Shown: positions 24,610-37,725 of the stretch, piece by piece
Layout of the letters: each line of letters begins with the position of its first letter
How positions within the stretch are numbered: the first letter of the stretch is position 1
Assembly: GCF_006345805.1 (NCBI RefSeq)
Contig: NC_042997.1
Location: forward strand, 148,924,001 to 148,988,000
DNA: 64,000 bases
Direction of reading: 5' to 3'
Source of the DNA: Octopus sinensis
Taxonomy: Eukaryota
Made by a program: the position numbers and the translations under genes
The notes under the pieces: generated by a model
The model's input: the letters and a program-made list of their open reading frames with translations, nothing else
Told to the model about the DNA's origin: nothing
Databases searched by the model: none

Positions 24610-27600
24610 GCCGACTACGGCTGCTATAATGGTACGATTATAATTGTAACGGCAATGATGGCCGTCTCCCCACGAGCCAATCAAAGCTAAAAAATGATAA
24701 CATTATCGTAGCACCAAAATGTTTTTGGAAACTAAAAGGAAAACTAAATCAGTATACCAAATCGCTTGTCCTATGGTTAATCTGGAAGCGCGTCCCCCAG
24801 GGAAGAGCCAGCCTGGGATCGAAAAGTCATCAACTGGCACAAACTCTTCTCCGAATACGGACATGGATGGTCACTTGAACGGGAAATCCCCCAACCCGAG
24901 CCCTCCAAGTTCACCACCACAACCACCACAGAAAGAAAAATGTAAGCGGAACAAATGGACCCGAGAAGAGTATAAAGAAGTAATATACGCTTATTACTAT
25001 GCATTAGGTAGGCAATCTCAAGAGAGACACACCGCAAACTCTTACAGTATATGGAGAACACGGAATCAAGACAGTAGGCCCTATTTGGACGAGAACAAAT
25101 TAGCAAATGTGAGGAGGGATATCTTTAGAAATAACAGACTCACAGACAGTGAAATAAGCCCGATCAAGCACGCAACGGAAAATGACATAAATATAAGACA
25201 CAAAGGAAATGAAGAATCAGATGAACAGTATAGCCCGCCACGAGGCTTAATTGAAAGACTGCCATCTGACCAAAGTACGCAAAGGCCTGAAGATACAAGA
25301 AATTCTATTGTACCTGTTAAAGATAGCCAGAAAACGAAAAAACAACAGTAACTGAAGATCTCGCATTTGCTGAAGAACACAGAGAGTCTATGGCAGAAAT
25401 GAGGCAGAAAATCCTGAATACGCTTGAAGTTGTAAGACATACAAGTATGAATGATAGCGAACCGCTTCATAAACTCTCAAATACAAACCAAAATAAAAAA
25501 CAAATCCAAATTGGCAACTATGTAACAAATGAAATAATACGAGAATTAAAACCTGATTTTACTGAGTTAAATGAAATTATTTACGCTTCTACTATGGCAA
25601 TTGAAACCAGCTGTATGCCCCCGAAAAAACAAAGAAAACAAAACCTGGGAAGAAATCAAACCTGGAGAAGTAAAATTGAAAAAGAGATTGAATTTATGAG
25701 AGGGAAAATTTCAATATTAAATGAACTAATATGTGGAAATGATGTAAGATCAAGAACAGGAAGAAAGATGAAGACAAAATTTGGATCCTCACCAAGAGAA
25801 GAACTGATATCAATAAAAGAAACGCTGAAACAAAAAGTCCAAGCAAAAGGCACAAAGAATACGAAGATTTGAGAAGAGAAACAAGTTTTACAAGCAAATA
25901 AGCTGTTCACATCCAATGCCAAAAAATTCTACAGAGAAATAGGGAAGGAGAAAGTAACCGTTAAAGACCCCCCTCCCATGGAAGAAGTTCAAAACTTTTG
26001 GAAAAGGATTTGGAGTGACAAGAAGACGTACAACAACATAAATGCAGACTGGATTATACAAACTGAAGGATCCTACCAAAATTTACAACAACAAGCATGG
26101 GAAGACATCACAATAGCAGACCTAAGAAAGGCACTCACGAAGGCCCATAATTGGAAATTCCCCGGTAAAGATAGGGTGCCGAATTTCTGGCTCGCATCGC
26201 TCCCGTGCGCACACGGTAAGCTAGTTCAGTTGCTCAATGGAATTATGAGAGACCCAAAGAAAACACCTGAATGGTTAGCAAGTGCATTACTTACCTACTC
26301 CCAAAGAATAACGAAACCAACCTTCCAAAAAACTATCGGCCTATAACCTGTCTATCCACCACGTATAAAATCCTAACATCTATCCTGGCGGAGAAACATA
26401 TGCATTCATGGAGAAGAACGATATTTTCCCCATTGAACAAAAAGTGTGCCGCCGAGGCTCTTACGGATGCAAAGATCAGCTGCTAATCAATCGTATGATC
26501 CTTGAGAACTGTCACACACAAGCGCAGAAATCTCAGCACCGCATGGATTGACTATAAAAAGGCCTTCGACAGTATACCGCATTCATGGATCTTGAGATCG
26601 CTGGACATCTTCAAAATTTCCCCTGTGATTTCAAACTTCCTGAAGCACAATATGTCGTTGTGGAATACGAATCTCCAATTATACCACTCTAATGGAGTAC
26701 TTGCCTCAGAAAATATAAACATCAACTGTGGAATTTTTCAAGGTGACTCACTTTCACCTTTAATATTCTGCATAGCCCTAATACCCCTTACAAGTGAATT
26801 AAACAGAACAGAGTATGGGTATAAAATTGCCAATAAAAAAATAAGCCATCTATTTTATATGGATGACTTAAAACTTTATGGTAAAGACAATAATGAACTT
26901 GAAGGCCTATTGCGCACCGTGAAAGCATTCAGCGATGACATCGGGATGGAGTTTGGACTTGAGAAGTGTGCCAAGGCCACTTTCCAGAAAGGGAAAGTGA
27001 AGACCACAAATTCAGTCGTGTTAGATGTTGACACAGTCATAAGAGAGCTTGAGCAAGAACAAACATACAAATATTTAGGGATAAATGAAGGCTCTGGTAT
27101 TCAGCATGCAAGTATGAAAGAGAAAATCAGGAAGGAATGTTATAGGAGAGTTCGTGGAATCCTGAAATCTGAACTAAATGCACGTAACAAGGTGTTAGCT
27201 ATAAATTCCTTAGCAGTTCCAGTTGTTACTTACAGCTACAATGTGTTGAACTGGAATATGAGTGAAGTAAAGAATATAGATAGAAAAATACGCAAGCTGC
27301 TGAGTTGTAATAGGATGCACCACCCAAAGGCAGACGTAGATCGCCTTTACCTTCCCAGAGCCCAAGGAGTTCGAGGCCTGATCCAATTTGAACTAGCTTA
27401 CAAAATAACCACAATTGGACTGGCCAAATATCTCGAAATATCGAATAACTGGATGCTAAAGCTCGTGGAAAATCACGAGAGACGAAAGAAGCTTCATTCT
27501 ATCATCAAGGAAAGCAAAAAATTTGCTATTGATCTCGTGCAGGATACCCAAACTGAACAACACGAGGGAAGTACGGCAACTATTGTTGCAAAGAAGGCGA

Positions 27601-28577
27601 AAATGATGGCAATGAAAAAAGCGCACGAGCAATTGGCTGATAGGTGGGAGGAGAAACCTCTGCACGGCAAATATGTGACCCGCAGCAAACAAGCTGATGT
27701 TGACCAGAAGCAAACTCATCAGTGGCTGCGGAGCTCAGGGCTAAAAGCAGAGAGCGAAGGTTTCATCCTGGCTGCTCAAGACCAAAGCCTATTAACTCGG
27801 AACTACCAGGACAATGTGATGAAAAATGGAGCAGACCCAAAATGCCGATTCTGCAACGACATGATTGAAACAGTGGACCACCTAATCTCTGGATGTAAAG
27901 TCTTAGCACCAGTGGAGTATAAATTAAGACATGACAGAGTTGGCCAATATCTCCACTGGCTAATAAGTCGGCATTACAATATCAAAACTGCCGACAAGTG
28001 GTATAATCACCACCCTGAGGCTGTAACTGAAGGAGAAAATGTAACCATTCTGTGGGACTTTCCAGTACATACAGACCGAACCATCAAGGCCAATAAACCA
28101 GATATTGTTGTGAAAGACCAAAACAATAAAGTTTGCTTATTGATCGACATGAGCATCCCCTGTGATCATAATATCTCAGCGAAAGAGTTTGACAAGCTCA
28201 GAAAATATAAAGACCTACTCATTGAAATTGAGAAAATGTGGCATCTCAAGGCGGTTACAATACCAGTGATCGTAGGAGCACTAGGAATGATCAAGAAGGG
28301 AACCGAAAATTATATGAGAATGATCCCTGGCTTACCATCCCTGCAAGAAGTGCAAAAGATTGTCTTAACTGGTACATCACACGTATTGAGAAGAGCATTG
28401 TCGATGTGAGAACTGTTGCTGCTAATGTATTTTAATTTAACTTAAAAAAAAAAAAAATGAACGAACTACTGAGTTTGGTTTAATGGCCTACCAATATACA
28501 CTATGAGTTTCTTTGCCCTAGGAGTCGGGAAGACACTCGGCAAGAAATGGAAGAAAATTTGAAAGAAGAAAAAAAAG
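24610..28577 (+). mobile_element. Near full-length R4/Dong-clade non-LTR retrotransposon in a (TAA)n target
   Basis: Single long frameshifted ORF, ~170-nt 3' UTR, and a (TAA)n tail at 28578-28596. The 5' boundary is approximate. Confidence 0.93.
24719..28409 (+). CDS. RT / CCHC / restriction-like endonuclease polyprotein, ~1230 aa after correcting six 1-nt frameshifts
   Basis: N-terminal KWTREEYKEV and LANVRRDI; NKLFTSNAKKFYR; NYRPITCLSTTYK; WIDYKKAFDSIPHSW; GIFQGDSLSPLIF; HLFYMDDLKLY; YKYLG; CRFCNDMIETVDHLISGC; RHD; ILWDFPVHTD..NKPDIVV..IDMSIP..KYKDL. The uninterrupted 635-aa part is 26502-28409. Confidence 0.9.
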
Positions 28578-28596
28578 TAATAATAATAATAATAAT

Positions 28597-28992
28597 CGTT
28601 TATATTTTATGCAAAAGTCATGAAATTTCGGGGAAAAGGAACAATCGATTACATCAACCACAGTGCTTCAATTATAATTTACTTTATCGACCCCGTACGG
28701 ATGAACAGCGAATTTGATCTCGGCGGAATTTGAACTTAGTACGTAGCGGCAGTCGAAATACCTATTTCTTTACTTCCCACAAGGGGCTAAACACAGAGAT
28801 GACAAACAAGGACAGACAAACGGATTGTCGATTATATCGACCTCAGTGCATAACTGGTACTTAAGTAATCGACCACAAAAGGATGAAAGGCAAAGCCGAC
28901 CTAGGCGGAATTTGAACTCAGAACGTAACGGCAGGCGAAATACAGCTACTCATTTCGCCCGGTGTGCTAGCGAATCTGCCAGCTCACCGCCT
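28597..28992 (-). mobile_element. Tandem/nested SINE family A dimer
   Basis: Two bodies (gtcgatta..atcgacc..gatga..cggaatttgaact..gaaatac) with one head (gaatctgccagctcaccgcc). The second unit has a different tail, ctatttctttacttcccacaaggggctaaacacagag. Confidence 0.85.
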
Positions 28993-29000
28993 TAATAATG

Positions 29001-29040
<40 letters not shown>

Positions 29041-29092
29041 TAATAATAATATAATAATAATAATAATAATTATTATTATTATAATAATAATA

Positions 29093-29140
<48 letters not shown>

Positions 29141-29314
29141 TAAAAATAATAATAATAATAATAATAATAACAACAACACAACAACAACAACAACAACAAC
29201 AACAATAGCAGCAGCAGCAACAACAACAACAACAACAACAATAGCAGCAGCAGCAACAACAACAACAACGATAACAACAGCAGCAGCAGCAGCAGCAACA
29301 ACAACAACAACAAC

Positions 29315-29347
<33 letters not shown>

Positions 29348-29360
29348 CAATAATAATAAC
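28993..29360. repeat. Compound (TAA)-(CAA)-(CAG)-(TAA) array
   Basis: Direct reading. Confidence 0.95.
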
Positions 29361-30097
29361 TCACGGAAGAAGAAATATATATTCGCTTCCGACCTTCGAA
29401 TGAATGTAATGTTCCTACCCTGTGTTATCATTTGAATCATATCTGCATTCCTCATTTCTTTCTTTTTTATATGTCGGTATTGGTAATTCTGCAAGCAGTA
29501 GATTAGGTTATTTATGTCAAGTGATACCATTTTTAGTACCAAAATATGTGTAAATGTATTTGAATGTTATGATAGCTTTTCTTATATACATGAGCATGTG
29601 TATAAGAGTGTATATTTGAGCGTGTTTCCATTGGTGTATGCGTGAAGATGATTGTAAGTTTATGAAGCAATATATTTCAATCTCAAATACGTTAAAGCAT
29701 ATAAATTAAAGTCGACATTTATTCTAGAATCGTGGATTTATTTGATTTTATTTTTTCGAAGTATTTCCCTAAGGATATTGCTGTTCGTAATTGGTAGGCC
29801 GATATTTGAATCTTCAATTAGATATTCATTGAAAAGAGAGCAGTTTATTTTTCTTTCAATTTTAATGATAAATCCAAATAAGATAATTTAAAATAAAGTG
29901 AAAACGTAAAGTCATATTGGAATGCACAAGATATTTATTACAGAGAAAAAAAAAATATTAAATATAGCAAAATACAGAAAGCAGTGTGGAAAAGAAGCAA
30001 AATATATAAAGACATTTCTTTTTGTAAATATATAACAAACAAAGGAAATGTAACCCGATTAAATTTTTAAACAACATATATGTATACATGCATGTGC

Positions 30098-30160
<63 letters not shown>

Positions 30161-30362
30161 CACATCCATGCATATAAATGCATGTATAAGTATGTATGTG
30201 TATGTATACATATACATATAAATGTATGTATGTGTATGCATGTATGGGTATGTGTTTGTGTTCATTGGTGTGTGTCTGCGCATGCCAGCATGCGTTTGTG
30301 TTTTACAATGTACATGTATTTTTGTGTATTTCTCTCTCTCCTCTTCCCCCTCTCTCTCAGTA

Positions 30363-30394
<32 letters not shown>

Positions 30395-30705
30395 AGCATT
30401 CATGTGTTTATGAGTGCCTGCGTTGATAAACTGAGATCTGAATAGAATAATCGCAATGAATTAAGATTTCCTACACGAAGAAAAATATAAATACACTGTT
30501 GGCATTTATGAATGGAATTGAAGTTAACATTTCACAGCAATATAAAATTTAAAAAAACATGTGTAATAAATATAAATAACTATTTAACTATGTATTTCTC
30601 TATGAGTGTAGAGGTTGAAGAACATTAAATGAAGGGGCGAAATAGTCACGTCAAAATGAATGTCCAATTTGAACTATGAGAAGCAGGTGATAACATGTCG
30701 TATAC

Positions 30706-30755
<50 letters not shown>

Positions 30756-32105
30756 CACATAAATACTCTCTGTGTGTGTATCTATGTGTGCTTAACCTTT
30801 CAGCGTGCAATGAAATACGATACGATAAAAATCTACTGGCAATCGGCAATGAAGCAACAATAAACAAACATTCGTTCCGGATGAACTTTCCATCATCCAG
30901 TTGAATTATAAATATGTTACAGCTTTTATAAGAATTATATTTTCATTCATTGAATTATATATTCATGAAAATTGTTATACCATTTCACTATTTAAAATTT
31001 TTATACTGCTTCTCTCCATAAACTGATCAGGATTTCAAGCCATTCCTGATTTATTTATTCTGTTCATATCACTCTCGTTTTCAATGTAAGATAAAAAAAA
31101 AACCAACGTAGACACATTGTATTCAATCTGCAATTATATCTATATGTTTTATGTCCTCTATATAATTAGCTTGTTTGCTGATACACAGGTCTATACAAGT
31201 TGCTGCACCGCGACAATATCATATTTTTCTGGTCTTCAGCAGTATACCCCCGTTAAGTTTGATACACAGAATATTATATCTATGTGTCTTTTATATTTTA
31301 CTTGTATCATTGATTGGACTGCGGTATCACACAAGTAAAGATATCTAGTAAAAACGTTGATTAGATTAGCTTTAGATATGACCTACTATAATATATTCTG
31401 CATTTCTGTTTTTTTAAAATCAACAACGAAATTGAAATAATTTCCAGATTACAGAATATACTCCCAATGGAATTAATTCAGCATAGATATCCATTTATTG
31501 TCCATTTACCATCTGGATATGGTAAGGGAGCTCTATTCAGGTATGAAATTTGTCTTTGCAACATTGTCTCCATCACGACATCGCACCTCTCGAAATAACT
31601 CACTTCGCACTGAATGTTACTTGTAACATGATACATTAATCACTTGCATCTCGCGTCACGTCCGTCATGCACAATCACATCCTTTACTGCATCTATTCGT
31701 CACTGCTATCTATGTAGCCCGTTCACTTTCCTTTGCCTACTTTCAAACCTCTTTCATACTTTTTACATAAGCCAGTCATTACTTAAATAGCTTTAAGAAA
31801 ACCATATGTGATCATTTTATTCCTTACGTGAACCAATGTATATACCATTTCAGATTACTCTACTCACATGTATATTTTAAAAGGCTATTTTTTGACGTAC
31901 TCGTCTCATATTATCAGTCTCATATGAAGTTAATTTTCCAGTGACTTGTCACATTTAATAAAGAGTTGTTATACCTATACGCGTCACATCGTAACTAGGT
32001 ATGGACTGCTTCAATAGTGATTTCATTTCTTTTTCTGCCACAAAACCTATACATTGTTCTCGCGACTGAATAAATTTTGAAGAGTTTGAGTATGCTCTAT
32101 ATATG

Positions 32106-32297
32106 TATTGTTCCAAATTTTGGGTCAAAGCCAGCAATTTCACAAAGGGGTTCAATTGATTACATCGGCTCCAGTGCTCAACTGGCACTTACTTTATTAA
32201 CACCGAAAGGATGAAAGGCAAAGCCGACCTTGGCGGGATTTGAACTGGGACTATAAAGACGGACGACATGCCGCAAAGTATTTTGCCTGGCGTGTTA
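32106..32297 (-). mobile_element. SINE family A variant
   Basis: gattacatcggctccagtgctcaactggcactta..ccgaaaggatgaaaggcaaagccgaccttggcgggatttgaact..gcctggcgtg. Confidence 0.85.
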
Positions 32298-33309
32298 GGT
32301 ATGTCCTCTATATATTGAACGTTGTGTATAACAAATTTGCTCTAGCAGCAGTAAAACTTCCTTGTACAGCATCGCTTGAAATTCGCATTATATGATAAAC
32401 GATATTTTCCGTTCAACGTTACATAAGATACATTATTTACGGCTATTGAAATGCTTGATTTCTTCTTTCCATTCGATTTCTATGCTTTACTATTCTCTCC
32501 ATAATCATACAAATCGAAAGAAGTATGTTGAACTGGAACATAGATTATGTTCAGAAGATTTAGGGTTTTAAATTCAGCGAAAGTAGAGCAACAAATATTA
32601 AAAATAAGTTATCAAAAAAGTTTCTTGTAATAATGTTGTGCGTTTCCATTCCAAGTGCAGCAATTTAAGCAACAATGACTCCGTGTTCTTTTCTTATCTT
32701 GCATCGTTTCTCTCTACTGGCTGATATTTCAATATGAAGTGCCTTGTAAGCATAAAACCTTATTTAGAAGCCTTGTGTATATATACTGGAACCAAAGATA
32801 AAACCAAAATTCATCCAGTAAATTTCCTGAAAATTAGGTGGTTTAGAATGTAGGCGAATGAAAGCGAGTCATGTTAGTTAATAAAACACAGAATATCCAA
32901 GTGTATTATAAGATGACTGAAAGCACAACTAATATAAATAACAGAATTTTTATTTCAACCAAAACAAAAACAATGTGCATAAAAATATTCTAAAATGTAT
33001 GATGCTGTTTCTTATCCCTACAGCAAGGCTGTAAAAATAGTAAGTCAACAAGTGTTCAAGCTCTTCTTCACAAACCTATTGATGCTGCTCGAAAATTGCA
33101 TCAACTAGTCACCAAGAATTATATAAGAAGGGATTCAAATGCATTCCCAAAACTGAAAGTAAACGAAACATATATAAGGAAAGAGTACAAAGAGAATCAT
33201 TGTAATCAGACTTAGAACCGACCGTATAAATCTACAGATAAATAATCTGATGCCTCTCACCCACTCTCTCCATACGAGCTTATGAGTATGCATGTACATG
33301 TGTGTGTGG

Positions 33310-33316
33310 TTTTATG

Positions 33317-33403
<87 letters not shown>

Positions 33404-33460
33404 TAGATAGATAGATAGGTATAGATATAGATATAGATATAGAGATATATATATGTATAT
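33310..33460. repeat. (TA)n/(GATA)n microsatellite
   Basis: Direct reading. Confidence 0.9.
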
Positions 33461-33635
33461 ATATATACATTTATAGTACTTGTAGTACGTAGATATTTAC
33501 ACATATACTTATATGTGTATATGTGTATGGTTATGTATGTAGAATACATGCACGTACATAAGTGCATATGTATATATATACGCATCAATATATAGATATA
33601 TATTCCACTGCTTTTCTCTCTAACAGGTGCGCTCT

Positions 33636-33679
<44 letters not shown>

Positions 33680-33900
33680 TTGTATGGACACATCCACACT
33701 GACATCCACACACATCTATTTAAAGATGTAGTCTTTTTTATTGGAATATTATTCCCATCAGCTTTTGTCCATCACCACTGAAATAAGAAAACCAATTTCG
33801 TATAGTTACCTTATCTAAAAATTGACCTATATGCATCCAACTTTAAATTAACTTGTCAAGGTCAAAATGTAAAATGTTGCTGACCCTTCTACTGGAATTA

Positions 33901-33944
<44 letters not shown>

Positions 33945-34221
33945 ATATATATATACTCTCCAGTTATTGATATATATTCATGAATAAATTGAAAATACAG
34001 ATGATAGAAAATATGCAACTCGTATTTGTAGATTTTTCCTATCATTTTCACTGTAAATAGCTATTACACTAACTGTAAGGTACATGAAGGACAATAAAGT
34101 TATGTACCATACACACGCACATGCAAGTGAACGGTTACATATAGATGTCATTATGCCTTCTCTCTCTCTCCCTAACAATCCCTCTATCTACCTGCCTATC
34201 TATCGCTCTCCCTGTCTCCCC

Positions 34222-34288
<67 letters not shown>

Positions 34289-35715
34289 GCTGGTAAGTTA
34301 GTAAAATGCCATGTTTAACTTCATATTCTACACGGAATGAAAGAAGTTGGCTCCAAGAATTACGTGCGTTCTGAAATTTTCGGATAAACGCAGACACTAA
34401 TAACAAACCATAAAGCTGACATTCTTCTTAAACATACTGCTATTTGCTTTTCATCACAAAGCAACTACCAAAACACGATATGCAGATAAAAAGATTATGA
34501 AAAGACTTTCAATAGTTTCTCACACGCACAGATAATAATACCATTATAATTTATCGAAAACCATGCAAGATTCTATTGACTTCTTTGATATAAAGTAGAA
34601 ACAAGCATACGTCGAAAATCTTCATTGCAATATAACAAGAGCATTACCTTGTTATACGCTTAAGTACAGAAACATTCAAAAACATTTACACTCATTCACA
34701 TAGATATGCTTTTATATACGCATGGGATTTCATGTACATTAGTCTAAATGAATATATTCATGAATACTTATATGCAAAAGCACATACATATACACATATG
34801 TATATAAATATATATGTGTGCACAAATGCGAGTAGAAATACACACTAACGTATGGATATAACTATATACACACTGACAATCGTACTCACAAGCACATTCG
34901 TATATAGACAAAAGGAAACGCAGCACATACACACTCACATACATACATAGTTCAAACACACACGCGCACAAACACGCACTCTCTCACACACACATATATA
35001 CACTGAACGTATGACTAAGTATGTGTATATCCGAAAACGTATTTATATGTAGAGATATGAAGATCAAGATTTGTCTTTTGTTTCGCAGAAATACGAATTG
35101 CTGTAATCCAAATCTAATATGTTCATATTTCATGTTAGAAGATTTTAGTTTGAAAATCATCAGAAGGAAAACTAAATCTAATCTAAATACTCATGATACA
35201 TTTTAAAGCTAATATCATAATCGGTTTGAAGAACTTCTAATATTAAAGAGCGCACTGAAAAATGAAAATATATACTGACTGAATTGTGTACGAAGCATAA
35301 AACATAAAATTGAAAAATAATTTACTTTGCCATATAGAAGTCTTGAACGAATAACTGAAACATCTCGCTTCAAAGATTTTGTCAGCAACAATTATATCAC
35401 AACTGTTTTATTTCTTTCAGTGTAGCACACTTCCCTCTCGTTTAGAACGTTAGTTTCGACACGATATATTCAATGAATATGAAGTTAAATTGTTGGTGCG
35501 TCTACTGAGCCACCACTTTCTCGCCATTCACACCAGAGAAATAATCATGCAATGAATATATATATATGTGTGCGTGTGTGTGTTTGTGTGTGCGTGTGCC
35601 TGTGTATGCCTGTGTGTGTATAATATGTGTATGTATATATATATATATATACACATATGTATGTGTATACATAATATGTATATATATATATATGTGTGTG
35701 CGTTTGTGTGTGTAA

Positions 35716-35761
<46 letters not shown>

Positions 35762-36453
35762 TTATTTATACATATCAATATATGTAAATGTATACATACA
35801 CACATACGCAAGCACACACACACACACACACACACCACACACACACACACACATATATATATTATATATATATATGTGTGTGTGTTTTGCAAAAATTTAG
35901 TTCTTCATTGGTCCTATCTGAAGTATGAAAAGGTAATTATCGATTTGTGCATGCATTTCATTACCTTCACTTGTAATGATATTCATTCAATATTTCGACT
36001 AAAATAATTATTCTGAAATTATAATTTTATGCATATGAACAAAACTATTTGAATTTCATCCATTTTTCATCACGTAGTTTTGTAAATTTCAGTAATTATA
36101 ATAAATTTAACTTGTTTAGTTATAAGTATTTGTTGTTAACTTTAGAGGTGAAAGATGAAATTAGTCACAAGATTTATAAGGGTTTTGATTTTAGAATCTA
36201 CAAAATTATTACAACTATTTTTTTTCTGAGTCCTATGATATTATAATCTGGAGCAAAGCGATTTTCATAAGACCGCCACCTAGAATTAAGGCTGCCATCC
36301 GACAGCCGTTACAAGATTTGAAATCCTACGGCAAAATGACAGATGAATTTGCGTAAGGCAAATTATCAGTTTTTCTTTCACTGTCCACCAATCCTCGAAC
36401 GTGTTGAGTTGTCTTTTCATCAACCACCAAAAGGTAGAAAAACAATCATTTAC

Positions 36454-36519
36454 CTTGTTTTAGGAACAATAACTTCATTGTATTGTGTCCGGTAAATTGA
36501 ATCATCCGACATTTCTCAC
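36454..36519 (-). CDS. Candidate 66-nt exon of a minus-strand host gene; possible start codon at 36512 (MSDDSIYRTQYNEVIVPKT..)
   Basis: Minus strand: tattatttttttatctcttttctatag | gtgagaaATGtcggat...cctaaaacaag | gtaaat. Strong polypyrimidine acceptor and donor. An alternative open frame (EKCRMIQFTGHNTMKLLFLKQ) also exists. Product not recognised. Confidence 0.5.
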
Positions 36520-37379
36520 CTATAGAAAAGAGATAAAAAAATAATACATTTAATTTATTCATTGAATACAGATTCGCAACGTACGGAAAATTTGGTTTTT
36601 GTTTTGGTTGGTTGAGATTAATTTTACCGAGAAAATGTCTATGAAGGTCTCACTCTCAAGCACAATAATACACGGCGTTACAAAAGGCGGCACAAATCAG
36701 TTGTTAAATAGGAAGAAAATACAGAATGGTAATTTAGAGAGTAATTTAAGAAAGCTTTCAGACAGTTGCGCATGAATTTCCGCAACAAATGTATTCGTTT
36801 TATCTACTGCAGGTCCTTTTCACAATTGAAACTACTTATTGTTGAGTGGGATAAGCTATATCACAGATATTTCAGTTAGTAAAACAATAACTTAAACGCT
36901 TCGTGAACAAAAATGCATTAGCTTCAACATAAATAGTTTCAATCTTATACATTACAATTTTACATTCGTGAAAGCGTTACTTCCTGTGCACGAAAAAGTA
37001 CACCTAAGCATATCATTTGCCACTTTGCTTATGCACTAAGAGTCTTCACAGATATACTTTATGGAAATGTTACCTCAATGTCGTGGGCAAAATTAAAATA
37101 AAGTAACTTCCCATTTTTATCTCTAGTCATCCACAAACAATACACAAACCCTTACAAACTAACATTCCCCCCCACTCACACATATGATTACTCTCACACA
37201 CATAAGCACACACACTGTCATATTCAGAAATGGTAGGAATTTTATATTGTTATTCGACTTAGAAATAGTAGCTAAATTTGTTTTTATAACAGCCAGAAAA
37301 AATATTACACAGATGAACATAGAATTGCGATTGTATTATGTGGAACTATATAAACGATTCTATATATTCTGCATTAAGT

Positions 37380-37725
<346 letters not shown>

